A DNA stretch of 47,984 bases from a virus. Lineage: Duplodnaviria > Caudoviricetes. The notes beneath the pieces were generated by a model that saw only the letters and a list, made by a program, of their open reading frames with translations, had not been told where the DNA came from and ran no database searches. Position numbers and translations under genes: made by a program. Shown here one piece after another: positions 24,601-33,740 of this stretch; the first letter of the stretch is position 1; each line of letters starts with the position of its first letter. The stretch spans positions 1 to 47,984 of the IMG/VR virus record IMGVR_UViG_3300048855_000206; one strand, 5' to 3'.

Positions 24601-27326
24601 CCGAACCTCTGCTGTGCGTTGCCCATGACGCTGACGCCTTCCGGTCCGCGCATGCGCTTGATGGCAAGATCGGCGCCGGCCTTGGCGCCGCGGAGGGCGG
24701 CTTCCTCGATTTCCGCGCTGCCGCGGGCGCCGGACACGTCGACCGTGACGGCGATGGGGCCGGCTGCCGCGGACTTAGAAGCGGTTCGCCCGGTTACGGG
24801 CGGCAGCGACCCCACGAACCCGCCATTGGCGTATCCCTTGAGATTGCGCCGCATAGCGTCCAGAGCAGCCGGGCCGCCCGCTGCGCGAACGGCGTCCTGA
24901 TCGAAGACGTACTCTCCGGCGTGGACGATGCCCGCCGCTTTGTGCTTGCCGCCGGGGCCGGTGTAGCCGCCCTTGTCGAACATGCCGCCCGCAATGGGCG
25001 CGAACTGCGGAATGCCACCGCCTCCACCAAAGATGCTGCCGAGAAGCGAACTCAGCAGCCCGCCACCACCCGAAGACGGGAACAGCGAGTTGAGCGCGAT
25101 GTCGATCAGCTTGTCGCCGACCTTCTGCAAGGCGCCGGCGAGCGCTTCCGCGGCCGACTTGCCGCTGCGGAGGTCGGAAATGAACCCGCCAAGAACGTCT
25201 TTCGCGAGGCCATTGGCTTCGGAAATGACGTCGTTGAGGTTGTCCTGCGCCGCCTTTGCTTCATCGGCCGCGACCGATGCCGCAGCGTAAGCGCCTGCGA
25301 GCTCGTCGATCTGTCCGCGAAGCTCAGGCGTGACGGCGATGCCGGCTTCCTGCGCCGCGTTGAGGAGGCTGAACGACGCCTCCGCCTTCGCGGCTTCGAT
25401 CGCCGACAGGCCGACTGCGGCGGCCTCCTGAGTGAAGGCTTCGGTGCGCTCCCGGATTTGCTCGATTTCGCGCTCGAGCTCGTTTTCGCGAGCAGAGCCA
25501 CCGCCGCCACCTCCTCCGCCACTGCCCGATCGACCCGCTGCGGAACGCCGTTCTCCCGCGGCGATATTCGCCGAAGCAAGTTCGGTTACCTGGCCTGTCG
25601 TGAGCAAAGCGCCGGCACGGTCAGCTTCCCGGCGCACGCTGGCGATTTCATTTTCAAGCGCGAGTTGGTCCGCAGTGAGTGCGTTACGCCGCTCCGCCCC
25701 CTCGACGAACTCATTGTTCGTCTCCGCGAGTTCGCCATATGCCTCCATTGAGGCATTCTCTGCTTCTCGAAAAGACGGCCCGCCACCCAGCCCAGCAAGC
25801 TTGCCCTGAAGCAAGTCCGTGGCCGCAATGGCGTTCATCAAGGCCCCAATAAGGGGTCCGAATTGATCCGCAAGGTTCTGGAAATTAGGGTCGCTGTTGG
25901 CGAGGGCAAAGATCGCCTGCTCGGCGTCCTCAGCCGACATCGTATTGTCGTCTAGACCCTGCCGAACATCGCGAAGCTGCTGAAGCTGCTCCTCGGAAAC
26001 ATACCGAGGATTCGCGATTTCCTCGATCGACGCGATATAGGCGACGACAGCATCACGGGCCGCATCGATCTGCGCCGTGCCCTCGGCTATACCGCCCTCA
26101 AGTTCGTTCCGGCCCCGCTCGTCGATAGCCTCGGTCGCGCCGGATACGGCGCTTTCGGCCGCCTCCGCGCTCGCGCGAACTTCTTCAAGCGCATCCGCAT
26201 AGGTGCGCGCCGACGCAGACGCATCGGTCGACGATGAGCTGAACGCCAAAAGCGCGGTGACAACGGCGCCGCCTATCAGAAGCCCGACCGGACCCGCTGC
26301 GGCGCCTAGCCCGCTCATCGCAACGCCAAGGCCGCCCATCGTGCGGGCGGCGCGAACAAACGTCAGTAGGGCTGCGGTGCCGACGCCGAGGCTCCGGATC
26401 ATTCCAGCGATCGAGCGTCCGACAAGCGCGCCAGCGATTACGCCGGCGAGTTTCAGGACAATGTCCGCGGTCTGGTCGAAATTGTCGGCGAGCGCGTTAA
26501 GCCCCGCGACAAGACGCTGCGAGGCGCTAAGGCTCTGGTCGGACTGGCCGATGTATTGCGTAAGCGCGTTGCCGACGCGCGTCATTCCGTCGGAAATGGT
26601 GGCGTTGGTCGAAGCGAAGGCGCGCTCGATCTGCGGCTGCGCATTTAGGATGGCGCGGAATACACGAGCCGACGTGATTTCGCCCTGAGCGCCCAGGTCC
26701 TTCAGGCCAGCGATCGTGGTCTCGAACTCGTCGGCAATAGCCTGAGCAAGAAGCGGCGCATTCTCCCGGACGGAGCGCAGCTCGTCGCCCTGCAGGATGC
26801 CTGAGCCCAAGCCTTGCGAAAGCTGTAGGATGCCCGCGATCTGCTCTGACGTTGCGGCGCCGCCCGCCTTGAACGCCTTGTTGACGATCTCGGTCGCGCG
26901 GGCGACTTCCAGTTCGGAATCTGCAACGCCTGCAGTCGCACGAAGAAGTTTCGCGTACAGATCGACTGTTGCCGTAATGCTCGTGCGAGTGCGGCTCGCG
27001 ATCTCATTGACTTCTTCAAGACTACGCGCCTGACGGCCCGCGATCTCGCCCGCCGCATTCAGCTTGTTCTGCGCGGTCGTCCAGGCATCGGCATAGTCCA
27101 GAACTTCGCGAACAGACGCGGCGGCGGCGATACCCGCAAGCGGAGCGATAAGGCTGGTCGCCATGCCGCGGCCGATGCCGTTTAGGCGCCGGTTGGTATT
27201 CTGCCAGGCGGCTTCGACCTGCCTCGCCGCCCTAGCGTTCACCCCATGCAACGACTGCAAGTCGCGCATAAAGGGCTTCATCTCAAGGCGAAGCACCGCC
27301 CGAAGTTCTTCGACGGTGACAGCCAT
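24597..27326 (-). CDS. tape measure protein
   Basis: 909 aa, Ala/Gly-rich; QLSQGLGSGILQGDELRSVRENAP; GGYTGPGGK...GIVHAGEYV. Confidence 0.96.
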   Translation of the reverse strand: MAVTVEELRAVLRLEMKPFMRDLQSLHGVNARAARQVEAAWQNTNRRLNGIGRGMATSLIAPLAGIAAAASVREVLDYADAWTTAQNKLNAAGEIAGRQARSLEEVNEIASRTRTSITATVDLYAKLLRATAGVADSELEVARATEIVNKAFKAGGAATSEQIAGILQLSQGLGSGILQGDELRSVRENAPLLAQAIADEFETTIAGLKDLGAQGEITSARVFRAILNAQPQIERAFASTNATISDGMTRVGNALTQYIGQSDQSLSASQRLVAGLNALADNFDQTADIVLKLAGVIAGALVGRSIAGMIRSLGVGTAALLTFVRAARTMGGLGVAMSGLGAAAGPVGLLIGGAVVTALLAFSSSSTDASASARTYADALEEVRASAEAAESAVSGATEAIDERGRNELEGGIAEGTAQIDAARDAVVAYIASIEEIANPRYVSEEQLQQLRDVRQGLDDNTMSAEDAEQAIFALANSDPNFQNLADQFGPLIGALMNAIAATDLLQGKLAGLGGGPSFREAENASMEAYGELAETNNEFVEGAERRNALTADQLALENEIASVRREADRAGALLTTGQVTELASANIAAGERRSAAGRSGSGGGGGGGGSARENELEREIEQIRERTEAFTQEAAAVGLSAIEAAKAEASFSLLNAAQEAGIAVTPELRGQIDELAGAYAAASVAADEAKAAQDNLNDVISEANGLAKDVLGGFISDLRSGKSAAEALAGALQKVGDKLIDIALNSLFPSSGGGGLLSSLLGSIFGGGGGIPQFAPIAGGMFDKGGYTGPGGKHKAAGIVHAGEYVFDQDAVRAAGGPAALDAMRRNLKGYANGGFVGSLPPVTGRTASKSAAAGPIAVTVDVSGARGSAEIEEAALRGAKAGADLAIKRMRGPEGVSVMGNAQQRFG

Positions 27327-27409
27327 TCGCAGCCCTGATAAAGAAAAGGCGCCACTCGGGCGCCGGATTTATTTGAAATGGATTGCCGTCGAGAGAATAG
27401 AGGCTGCTC

Positions 27410-27648
27410 TTAACCCGCAGCAGTCCGCACCATCTTCAGGTGCTCTTCCCACGAAGGAGCTTCGACCTCTTCTTCGCCGCCGTTCGCCTTCTTGTAGGCA
27501 TCGACGCAAGCAAAGAGTTCCCACAGGGACATTTCGTCAATCACTCGCGGCGAGAAGCCCATGATGGCGCCCCAACCGTACAGGGCCGAGAAGGTTAGCC
27601 GGCCCGAGTCTTCTTTGCCGGCTTCGTCTCGCCCTTCTCGGCTTCCGT
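27410..27648 (-). CDS. tail assembly chaperone, -1 frameshift extension (gpT-like)
   Basis: The -1 frame after the slippery site is open: NGSREG...FSALYGWGAIMGFSPRVIDEMSLWELFACVDAY. Confidence 0.85.
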
Positions 27649-28086
27649 TTTTCCCACTTTGTCGTCGGGCTCGCCGATCAGGGCGTGCATGAGGACCGCC
27701 GCAGCAGCGCCGGTGTTTTCCGTGAGCGGTCGATCATCGACGTACCGCGCCACCATCACGAAGGCGTCCATCGGCGACATGCCGCCGCCAATCAACCCCA
27801 GCCGGATCGTTTCGCGCACATCATCAAGACGCCAGTCCCCGCCTATATTGCGGAACAGACCGTAGAGGTTGGAATCGGCGTGGAAGTCCGGATCGAGATC
27901 CGCAAGACCATAGTCATTCGGTCGTGGCCGCTGCATCTTGGCGGCCTGCGGCTGGAAAGCCATAAGCCGCGCAAGAACGGTCGCCGGTCCAGCCTGACAC
28001 TTCTCCTGAAGCTCACGAAGTTCGCCGATTGCGAGGCGGAACTCCCGTTCCGCCCCGCCGAACTGAACCTTGACCGTCTTAGCCAT
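27595..28086 (-). CDS. tail assembly chaperone (GTA-gp10-like, gpG)
   Basis: FRLAIGELRELQEKC...DVRETIRLGLIGGGM; between tail tube and tape measure genes. Confidence 0.9.
   Translation of the reverse strand: MAKTVKVQFGGAEREFRLAIGELRELQEKCQAGPATVLARLMAFQPQAAKMQRPRPNDYGLADLDPDFHADSNLYGLFRNIGGDWRLDDVRETIRLGLIGGGMSPMDAFVMVARYVDDRPLTENTGAAAAVLMHALIGEPDDKVGKTEAEKGETKPAKKTRAG
27649..27655 (-). other. programmed -1 ribosomal frameshift site
   Basis: G GGA AAA slippery heptamer, in frame, near the 3' end of the chaperone gene. Confidence 0.85.
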
Positions 28087-28098
28087 CCGCCCGGCTCC

Positions 28099-28536
28099 TT
28101 AGGCCGCCTCTACCCAAGCGACTTCGCCGTCGCTCTGCAGCGCAACGGTCGAGGTGACGTAGCCTTTACCTTCCTTGGCGAGGCCCAGCGATGTCATCAC
28201 GTAGCGCCCCTGGAAATACCCGCCGCCAGCGGCGCCGGAGAGGCCCGCAAGATTGACGCGCACGTTGAAGGGCTCGCCCGAGAGCATGTGGTCCCGCAGC
28301 ACGCCGTGGCTGACCGGGTCCATCGTGCCCGCGCCGTTGATGTTCGCCGACAGCGTGTCCACGGAGCGGAGCACCCACGAGGGGGCGTTCGGGTCCGCGC
28401 AATTGGGCTCGGTCGCGTCGACCGTGGTCGCCTCAATGGTGAAGTCCTGCGAAGTGTTGATGGTGCAGGCGTGGGCGTAAACTTCGGGGTCGCCTGCGTC
28501 GCCGAACTGGATCAAAAGCTGCTTAGTGGTCGCCAC
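28099..28536 (-). CDS. major tail (tube) protein
   Basis: LLIQFGDAGDPEVY...TVDATEPNCADP...LQSDGEVAW; GGAGG SD before GTG 28536. Confidence 0.9.
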   Translation of the reverse strand: MATTKQLLIQFGDAGDPEVYAHACTINTSQDFTIEATTVDATEPNCADPNAPSWVLRSVDTLSANINGAGTMDPVSHGVLRDHMLSGEPFNVRVNLAGLSGAAGGGYFQGRYVMTSLGLAKEGKGYVTSTVALQSDGEVAWVEAA

Positions 28537-28598
28537 GGGGGCCTCCATAAAGGCCGCACACTGGCAGCCGGAAAGTGTTTAGGGGATGGTGCCGCCGT

Positions 28599-28988
28599 CT
28601 AGACCGGCTGCGTTTCTATGCTCAGGACGACGCGCGCCTGATAAAGCGGCGGTGCGTCGGTGTAGGTGATGTTTTCGACGCGGATGCGGTCAACCACGTG
28701 TCCGGGAACACTTAAGGTCTGCTCGTGCAGAGCCATCCGAATGGCGCCCGCGATTTCTTTTGTTTTCAGGTATGTCGGTGTGTCGGCCCAAATATCGACC
28801 TGCACCGTCGATTCGGTGCGGTCCCAACATTCCTCGTCGATAGGCGTCGCAAAGCCGGGCCAAACTACCCCATACGGATATTGGTATGAGGCTGGCACCA
28901 CGCTGTAGAAGCGCGGTCCCGCCGCGGTGCCGAGCGCCTTTAGCCGCGCGACAAGCGCCGCCTGAAGCGGCAGTGAGGGATCGCTCAT
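28599..28988 (-). CDS. tail terminator (DUF3168 family)
   Basis: MSDPSLPLQAALVARLK...QVDIWA...IAGAIRMALH. Confidence 0.88.
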   Translation of the reverse strand: MSDPSLPLQAALVARLKALGTAAGPRFYSVVPASYQYPYGVVWPGFATPIDEECWDRTESTVQVDIWADTPTYLKTKEIAGAIRMALHEQTLSVPGHVVDRIRVENITYTDAPPLYQARVVLSIETQPV

Positions 28989-29401
28989 GAGCCAGTCACC
29001 GCCTGCCGAAGAGAGCGCTTCACGCCGGCCCGAACGTCCCGACGGGCTTTGCCCTTGCCGGCCTTGTAAGCTGGCCAGAAGAAGGCGTTCGGCGCCATAT
29101 CCTGCGTTCCGTATTCCTGGCCGAGGGCGTAGTCGTAGGTCGCAGACTGACCGTTTCTCACGGGCTTCGTCGTCGTCGGGCCACCAGCGCGGATCACGAC
29201 GCCAATAGTCCCGTCGGTAAGAGGCTCAGATCGGATGGACGCCCGCAAGTCCCCGTCGTCGGAAGGCGCCAACGCGCGCTGCGCCATGTTTATTTGCCGA
29301 CCGGCGAGCATGAGGTCGGCTTGCGCTCGGCGCCGCACACTCTCAGGGATGCGGTTGAGCTTTCGCCGCAACTTCTCCAGCCCGATGAGGCTCATTCCCA
29401 T
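28985..29401 (-). CDS. HK97 gp10-like tail completion protein
   Basis: GLEKLRRKL...APSDDGDLRASI...QEYGTQDMAPNAFFWPA. Confidence 0.9.
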   Translation of the reverse strand: MGMSLIGLEKLRRKLNRIPESVRRRAQADLMLAGRQINMAQRALAPSDDGDLRASIRSEPLTDGTIGVVIRAGGPTTTKPVRNGQSATYDYALGQEYGTQDMAPNAFFWPAYKAGKGKARRDVRAGVKRSLRQAVTGS

Positions 29402-29781
29402 CAGGACGCCTCGCTCTCAACGACTAGCATCTCGAGATAGGCGGATCGCTCATCCACGTTCGCGATGGTCTTTATGTTGAAGTAGCGCCGCGGGCGACCA
29501 TCGTCGGTGTACCCGGCGCGGTGGTCCACGGCCCGCCAATCTGGCCGCACGGCGCGCGTATTCGCATGGCTTCTGACCGTCAAGGTGTAGGGCTGCGTTC
29601 CCTGCAGGCGAGCAGCGATAACCGTTTCACTACCTAGCCGGGGCGTGAGCCTGGCGTGGTCTGTGAATTGGGTTGCCCAGCCGTCCGTCGTGCCGCCGTA
29701 GCCGTCATCAACAGGGACCGGCGCCTGGAAATCTATACGCCTATCCAGGCTCCCTGCCCCGCTACGCTTCGGCGTGGCCAT
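29401..29781 (-). CDS. head closure / head-tail adaptor (SPP1 gp16-like)
   Basis: AGSLDRRIDFQ...DDGYGG...GSETVIAARLQG. Confidence 0.9.
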   Translation of the reverse strand: MATPKRSGAGSLDRRIDFQAPVPVDDGYGGTTDGWATQFTDHARLTPRLGSETVIAARLQGTQPYTLTVRSHANTRAVRPDWRAVDHRAGYTDDGRPRRYFNIKTIANVDERSAYLEMLVVESEAS

Positions 29782-29932
29782 GCTTCACCTCCACAGCCTT
29801 GCCAGCGGCAACGGCGGCATCACCGCACCAGCGGCGCACGGAGCCCGTCCAGCCCGCTTTGTAGGCCAGCGTGACGCGGCCCTGCTTTTCCGGCGGGCTC
29901 CAATCGAAGTCAGCCGTAAACAAAATCCGCAT
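29762..29932 (-). CDS. small phage hypothetical protein
   Basis: MRILFTADFDWSPP...AYKAG...AVAAGKAVEV. Confidence 0.6.
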   Translation of the reverse strand: MRILFTADFDWSPPEKQGRVTLAYKAGWTGSVRRWCGDAAVAAGKAVEVKHGHAEA

Positions 29933-30049
29933 CGAGCTTGTCCGGGGACGATGCTGGCGCGAGTGTGACACCGGCAATGCGCGCGCCGATGCGCATCACG
30001 CGCCAGCCCACCCAAAGGCGCCATTCGGTGAGCGTCATGCCGCCGAGGG

Positions 30050-30457
30050 TCACGCGCTGACCACGTTCGGGAACTGGATCGCGACGGCGAGAACCGTGGT
30101 CGACTTCGCGACGCCGATGACGGTGACGTAGTCGCCGGTCAGGACGTCGGCGCGGGGCGCGATGCCGCCGGGGTTAGGCGACTGGTAGTAGGTGACGCCG
30201 GCGGTGAGGCCGTCCATCGTCAGGTCGCCCGCCTTCAGGATACGGAGCGGCTGGCCGTCCGCAGCGCCGTTCAGCGCGATACCGCGCGGGCGGCGAAGAT
30301 CGGCGGCGCCGTCGGCATCGGCGAGCTCGTAGCGATTTGTGGCCGTATCGAGATAGACGGTCTGGCCGGCCGTGATGGTCGCGCCAGCCGTACCGTTTTC
30401 CACGGTGGAGTCGGCGCCGGCTATAACGCCTGCGGCGGTAATGGTGATGTCTGCCAA
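30050..30457 (-). CDS. capsid decoration/cement-like protein (DUF2190-like)
   Basis: AGATITAGQTVYLD...LADAD...GIALNGAADGQP; GGAG SD, TTG start. Confidence 0.75.
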   Translation of the reverse strand: MADITITAAGVIAGADSTVENGTAGATITAGQTVYLDTATNRYELADADGAADLRRPRGIALNGAADGQPLRILKAGDLTMDGLTAGVTYYQSPNPGGIAPRADVLTGDYVTVIGVAKSTTVLAVAIQFPNVVSA

Positions 30458-30490
30458 GGGATTCTCCTGCGGGCCGCGCCCGATGATTTG

Positions 30491-32089
30491 TTAAAGGCCC
30501 AGCGCCGCGGTGACGGCATCCATGCCTGCCGCCTGGCCGCCGTAGAGCGTGTTGTTGATGAAGGCCATCACCTCGTGCAGGCCATCGGAGGCGACGAAGC
30601 GCGAGCCGGCTGACCAGACGCGAATGCTGTTCCCGACCTGCGGGGGGCTTGCTCCGAACGCTGTCTGCGCTGCTGCCGTCACCGTGACCGCCGCCGCGCC
30701 ACTCGACTGGATCGGACTCCAGTTTCCCGCCTGCGGCCCGTCGAGCCATTCGACATAGCCGCTCGCAAGCGCGTTCGTCGGCAGGCTGAAGCCTGTCACC
30801 GTGAAGCCGGGGCCGGTCCACGTTGCGATGGTGCCCTCGTAGCTCGGGTAGAGGCGAGCGTGCGCGCCGTCTTCCAATGTGCGGAACTTGCCGGGCGTGC
30901 TCGGGCTTTCGGACGCAGCGGCCATGTCAACGATGATGACGTCGTCCGCCGCCATGGCGAGTATCAGGCCGTTCAGAATGGCCCGCTCGGACAGGGCCAC
31001 GCGCTGCGCCTCGGTGCCGCCTTCCGCTTCAGGCCGGATGAAGGCATTCGCCGGCGAGGTGGAAATCACCTGGGTCGCCAGGCGGTAGGCGTTCCATGGG
31101 GTCGCGGTGTGGCTGTTGATCTGCGGAGGGATCGTGGCGAACACCACGACGAAGCCGTGAGCGTGGTAGAAGTCGCGGACGCTCGCCAGGTCTGCCGCAA
31201 CCTGAAGCGCGGTGCGACTGGCGCGCAGGTCGTTGACGCCGAGGAAGAACACCACGTGCGTGATGCCGGCAGCCAGCATGGCGGCAAGCTGCCTAGTTTG
31301 GGTCGGCCCCAGGTTGAAGCGCGCCTGCGTGCCGGTGAGGCCTGCCTGGATATAGGGCCGCTTCCCGCCGAGGGCGTTCGCGACTGGCCCGTAGCCTCCC
31401 CAATCGTCGACGCGGCCGAACGTCGTGCCGGTGCCCTTGCTGTCCATTCGCAGCCAGAACCGCTCGGCGTGCGGTGTGCCCTCCCACTCGATGGCAAGCA
31501 TGCCGATAGGACCGAAGCCGAACTTGTTCGTCGCGCCGGCGCCGTTGGTGATTGTGGAGCCGTCGCTCTTGTCGACATGCGTGTTGAAGTCGGCCGCCTC
31601 GAGCTTTCCCGAAGACGTGTTGATGAGGTAGGCCTGCGGCCACCGCTCGCCGGATGCGACCTCGACGTAGGATTGGCACCAATTGATGGCGCCTGCCTCG
31701 GAGACGGCATCCACAGGAGTGCCCTGCTTTATCGCGTCGGCGCCGGTGTGCGGGATCGAGAGGTCCACGCCGGGGGCGACGCCGGCAGCCGTGCGAAGCG
31801 ACCAACCGACGTCGATTTCGTTGTAGCCGTCGACCTCGTTCGTCGCGTCCATTCGGAAGTTGCCGAAGAGCGGCGCCATCTTCGTCACGCGGCAGCCGAG
31901 CTGGTTGTAGAACAGGATGCGCGAGTTGCCGTCGAGGTCAGTACCGTTGCTGCCGGCGTAGGCGTTGAAGCCGGGCAGCGCCATGCGCGACGACATGAGC
32001 AGTGGGGTCGGCGGGACCCCTCCTCCGGCCAACACGCCCACGGGCCTTGTCACGGACGCGAGCAGCGGGCGCGTTACCCGGCCCAGCAC
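30491..32089 (-). CDS. virion-associated SGNH/GDSL hydrolase (putative head fibre/spike)
   Basis: Block I MDSKG, block II AGLTG, block III LGVNDL, block V DGLH; located inside the head-neck gene cluster; start uncertain (32089-32107). Confidence 0.8.
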   Translation of the reverse strand: MLGRVTRPLLASVTRPVGVLAGGGVPPTPLLMSSRMALPGFNAYAGSNGTDLDGNSRILFYNQLGCRVTKMAPLFGNFRMDATNEVDGYNEIDVGWSLRTAAGVAPGVDLSIPHTGADAIKQGTPVDAVSEAGAINWCQSYVEVASGERWPQAYLINTSSGKLEAADFNTHVDKSDGSTITNGAGATNKFGFGPIGMLAIEWEGTPHAERFWLRMDSKGTGTTFGRVDDWGGYGPVANALGGKRPYIQAGLTGTQARFNLGPTQTRQLAAMLAAGITHVVFFLGVNDLRASRTALQVAADLASVRDFYHAHGFVVVFATIPPQINSHTATPWNAYRLATQVISTSPANAFIRPEAEGGTEAQRVALSERAILNGLILAMAADDVIIVDMAAASESPSTPGKFRTLEDGAHARLYPSYEGTIATWTGPGFTVTGFSLPTNALASGYVEWLDGPQAGNWSPIQSSGAAAVTVTAAAQTAFGASPPQVGNSIRVWSAGSRFVASDGLHEVMAFINNTLYGGQAAGMDAVTAALGL

Positions 32090-32090
32090 A

Positions 32091-32348
32091 CTACCCACTG
32101 AACACACCGCAGGCCGCCCCAGCGCGGCGAGTGAAGCGGTAGGTGCCGGGCGCTGAGATGACGGTGGCGGGAGAGTGGGACGTCAAGGAGCCAACGACGT
32201 CGTAAGCCGCCCCATCGTCCTTCAGGAGAATGGTAACGTAGGCCTCGCCATCGGCAACGCCCTTGACGGAAACCGCAATCGCAGTGGTGACAACCACGTC
32301 GGAAGAACTCGCTGCCGTGGAGGCAGTCGCCAGAATTTCGGTTGCCAT
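32091..32348 (-). CDS. small beta-rich virion protein (putative head-spike base)
   Basis: 85 aa, alternating beta-strand pattern, directly upstream of the SGNH gene. Confidence 0.65.
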   Translation of the reverse strand: MATEILATASTAASSSDVVVTTAIAVSVKGVADGEAYVTILLKDDGAAYDVVGSLTSHSPATVISAPGTYRFTRRAGAACGVFSG

Positions 32349-32352
32349 GCGA

Positions 32353-32910
32353 TCAAGCCCAATTACGCAGCGGAAGCAGCAATGCCTCGACGCCGAATGG
32401 AATTTCTTGCGGCGCGCTCACCGCGACCGACTCTCGATTTTCGTACCAACCGCCTACGAGGAGCAGCACGGCATGCTTGAACTGGGGAGGCACCACCGCG
32501 GAGCCGGCGGTAAAGGTCACCCGCACCGCCTGCGGCTGGCCGCTGACTGCGGGCCATGCGGCACCCACAGCCGGGAGCACATAGGCTCTCTCTGCAGTCT
32601 CTTCGTTGAAGGCCCGAAAGCCGGCTAGCGGTGTTTCAACGCCGGACGCATTGTCATAGACGACCGTGTCGACGGAAATCACTGGGGCTAAGGGTAGCGT
32701 CAGCCCGCACCCGAAGTCGTCGACCAGGTATTCCCACTCTTGCTCGGCGATTGCTAGGCCGAGCCACTTCTCAGCCCATGCTACCGCCGCCGCGGCGAGC
32801 GCCTCAAGATAGGCGTCGTCGTCGGTGTGATATTCGACGCGGCAATGCTTTTTAAGCTCCGCCAGAGACACCACAGAGGCGCTCGGTGGTGTTAGTTGGC
32901 GGAGGGTCAT
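32353..32910 (-). CDS. head-tail connector (HK97 gp6/SPP1 gp15-like)
   Basis: VSLAELKKHCRV...DDAYLEAL...AVLLLVGGWYENRE...VEALLLPLR. Confidence 0.93.
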   Translation of the reverse strand: MTLRQLTPPSASVVSLAELKKHCRVEYHTDDDAYLEALAAAAVAWAEKWLGLAIAEQEWEYLVDDFGCGLTLPLAPVISVDTVVYDNASGVETPLAGFRAFNEETAERAYVLPAVGAAWPAVSGQPQAVRVTFTAGSAVVPPQFKHAVLLLVGGWYENRESVAVSAPQEIPFGVEALLLPLRNWA

Positions 32911-32913
32911 GGT

Positions 32914-33192
32914 TTACCTGCGGGTGCGGCGGGTCTTTTTCGCGGGCGGCTCGGCGGCGACGGGCCGGTCTACGGCTGGGGGCACTTCAGGCGGCACCTC
33001 ATCGACCACCTCAGCCTTCACTTCCGGAACCCCCTCGATTGCGATTTCTCGCGCGGCAGGGTCCTCGGAAATCCAGCCCAAACCGACTAGGCCGGGCGTC
33101 ATGGCGCCAAAGTCGCGCTGGCTGCCGACGACCATCGTTTCCGACGCGATGCCGTCAAACGAGCACGGGAATTCAACTAAAACGACCGCCAT
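32914..33192 (-). CDS. small phage hypothetical protein
   Basis: GAGGAGG SD; acidic/Pro-rich middle and basic tail KKTRRTRR. Confidence 0.65.
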   Translation of the reverse strand: MAVVLVEFPCSFDGIASETMVVGSQRDFGAMTPGLVGLGWISEDPAAREIAIEGVPEVKAEVVDEVPPEVPPAVDRPVAAEPPAKKTRRTRR

Positions 33193-33202
33193 GCAGCCCT
33201 CC

Positions 33203-33679
33203 TCATGAAGGAAAGGGCGCCCCACTCATCGCGAGGCGCCCCGTAGACTTACACAGCGTCGGGGTCGGCTTGCTGCGGCTGTTGCCGAGCACGGCGACGC
33301 CGGCAAGGAAGATATTGCCAGCGCCGTTGCCGCTCGGCGTCACGGTCATGCGAACGTAACGCTTGTTGCCCACGTAGCCGATCTTGCGGCATTCGATGTC
33401 ATCGGCGAAGGTGAAGGCAGCGCCGACTTCCGTGCCGAGCAGGAAGGTGTCGGCCACGGCCACGTTGCCGGCCATGTCCGATGCGTCGCTATCCTCGACC
33501 AGGACGGCAAAAGTGGCGTCCGCGTCGGTGTTGGTGCCGGTCACCAGAACCAGTTCAAGGCTCTCGTAGCCGAGCGTGTCGATGATGGCCGAAACGATGG
33601 CGGTGTCGTCGGTGCGCGCGGCCGCCGGAGCGATCAGCGGCACGAAGTGCAGGTTATTGTGCAGATCCTTGGAAGCCAT
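33203..33679 (-). CDS. capsid decoration/cement-like protein
   Basis: IIDTLGYESL...LVEDSD...KIGYVGNKRYVR; immediately after the major capsid gene. Confidence 0.75.
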   Translation of the reverse strand: MASKDLHNNLHFVPLIAPAAARTDDTAIVSAIIDTLGYESLELVLVTGTNTDADATFAVLVEDSDASDMAGNVAVADTFLLGTEVGAAFTFADDIECRKIGYVGNKRYVRMTVTPSGNGAGNIFLAGVAVLGNSRSKPTPTLCKSTGRLAMSGAPFPS

Positions 33680-33707
33680 GAGGCTTTCTCCTTTTCAGAA
33701 TGGAAAT

Positions 33708-33730
33708 GGGCGCCCCGGAATGGAGCGCCC
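33708..33730 (-). terminator. terminator-like hairpin after the major capsid gene
   Basis: GGGCGCTCCA-TTC-CGGGGCGCCC followed by ATTT on the minus strand. Confidence 0.5.
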
Positions 33731-33740
33731 AGCCTATGGC

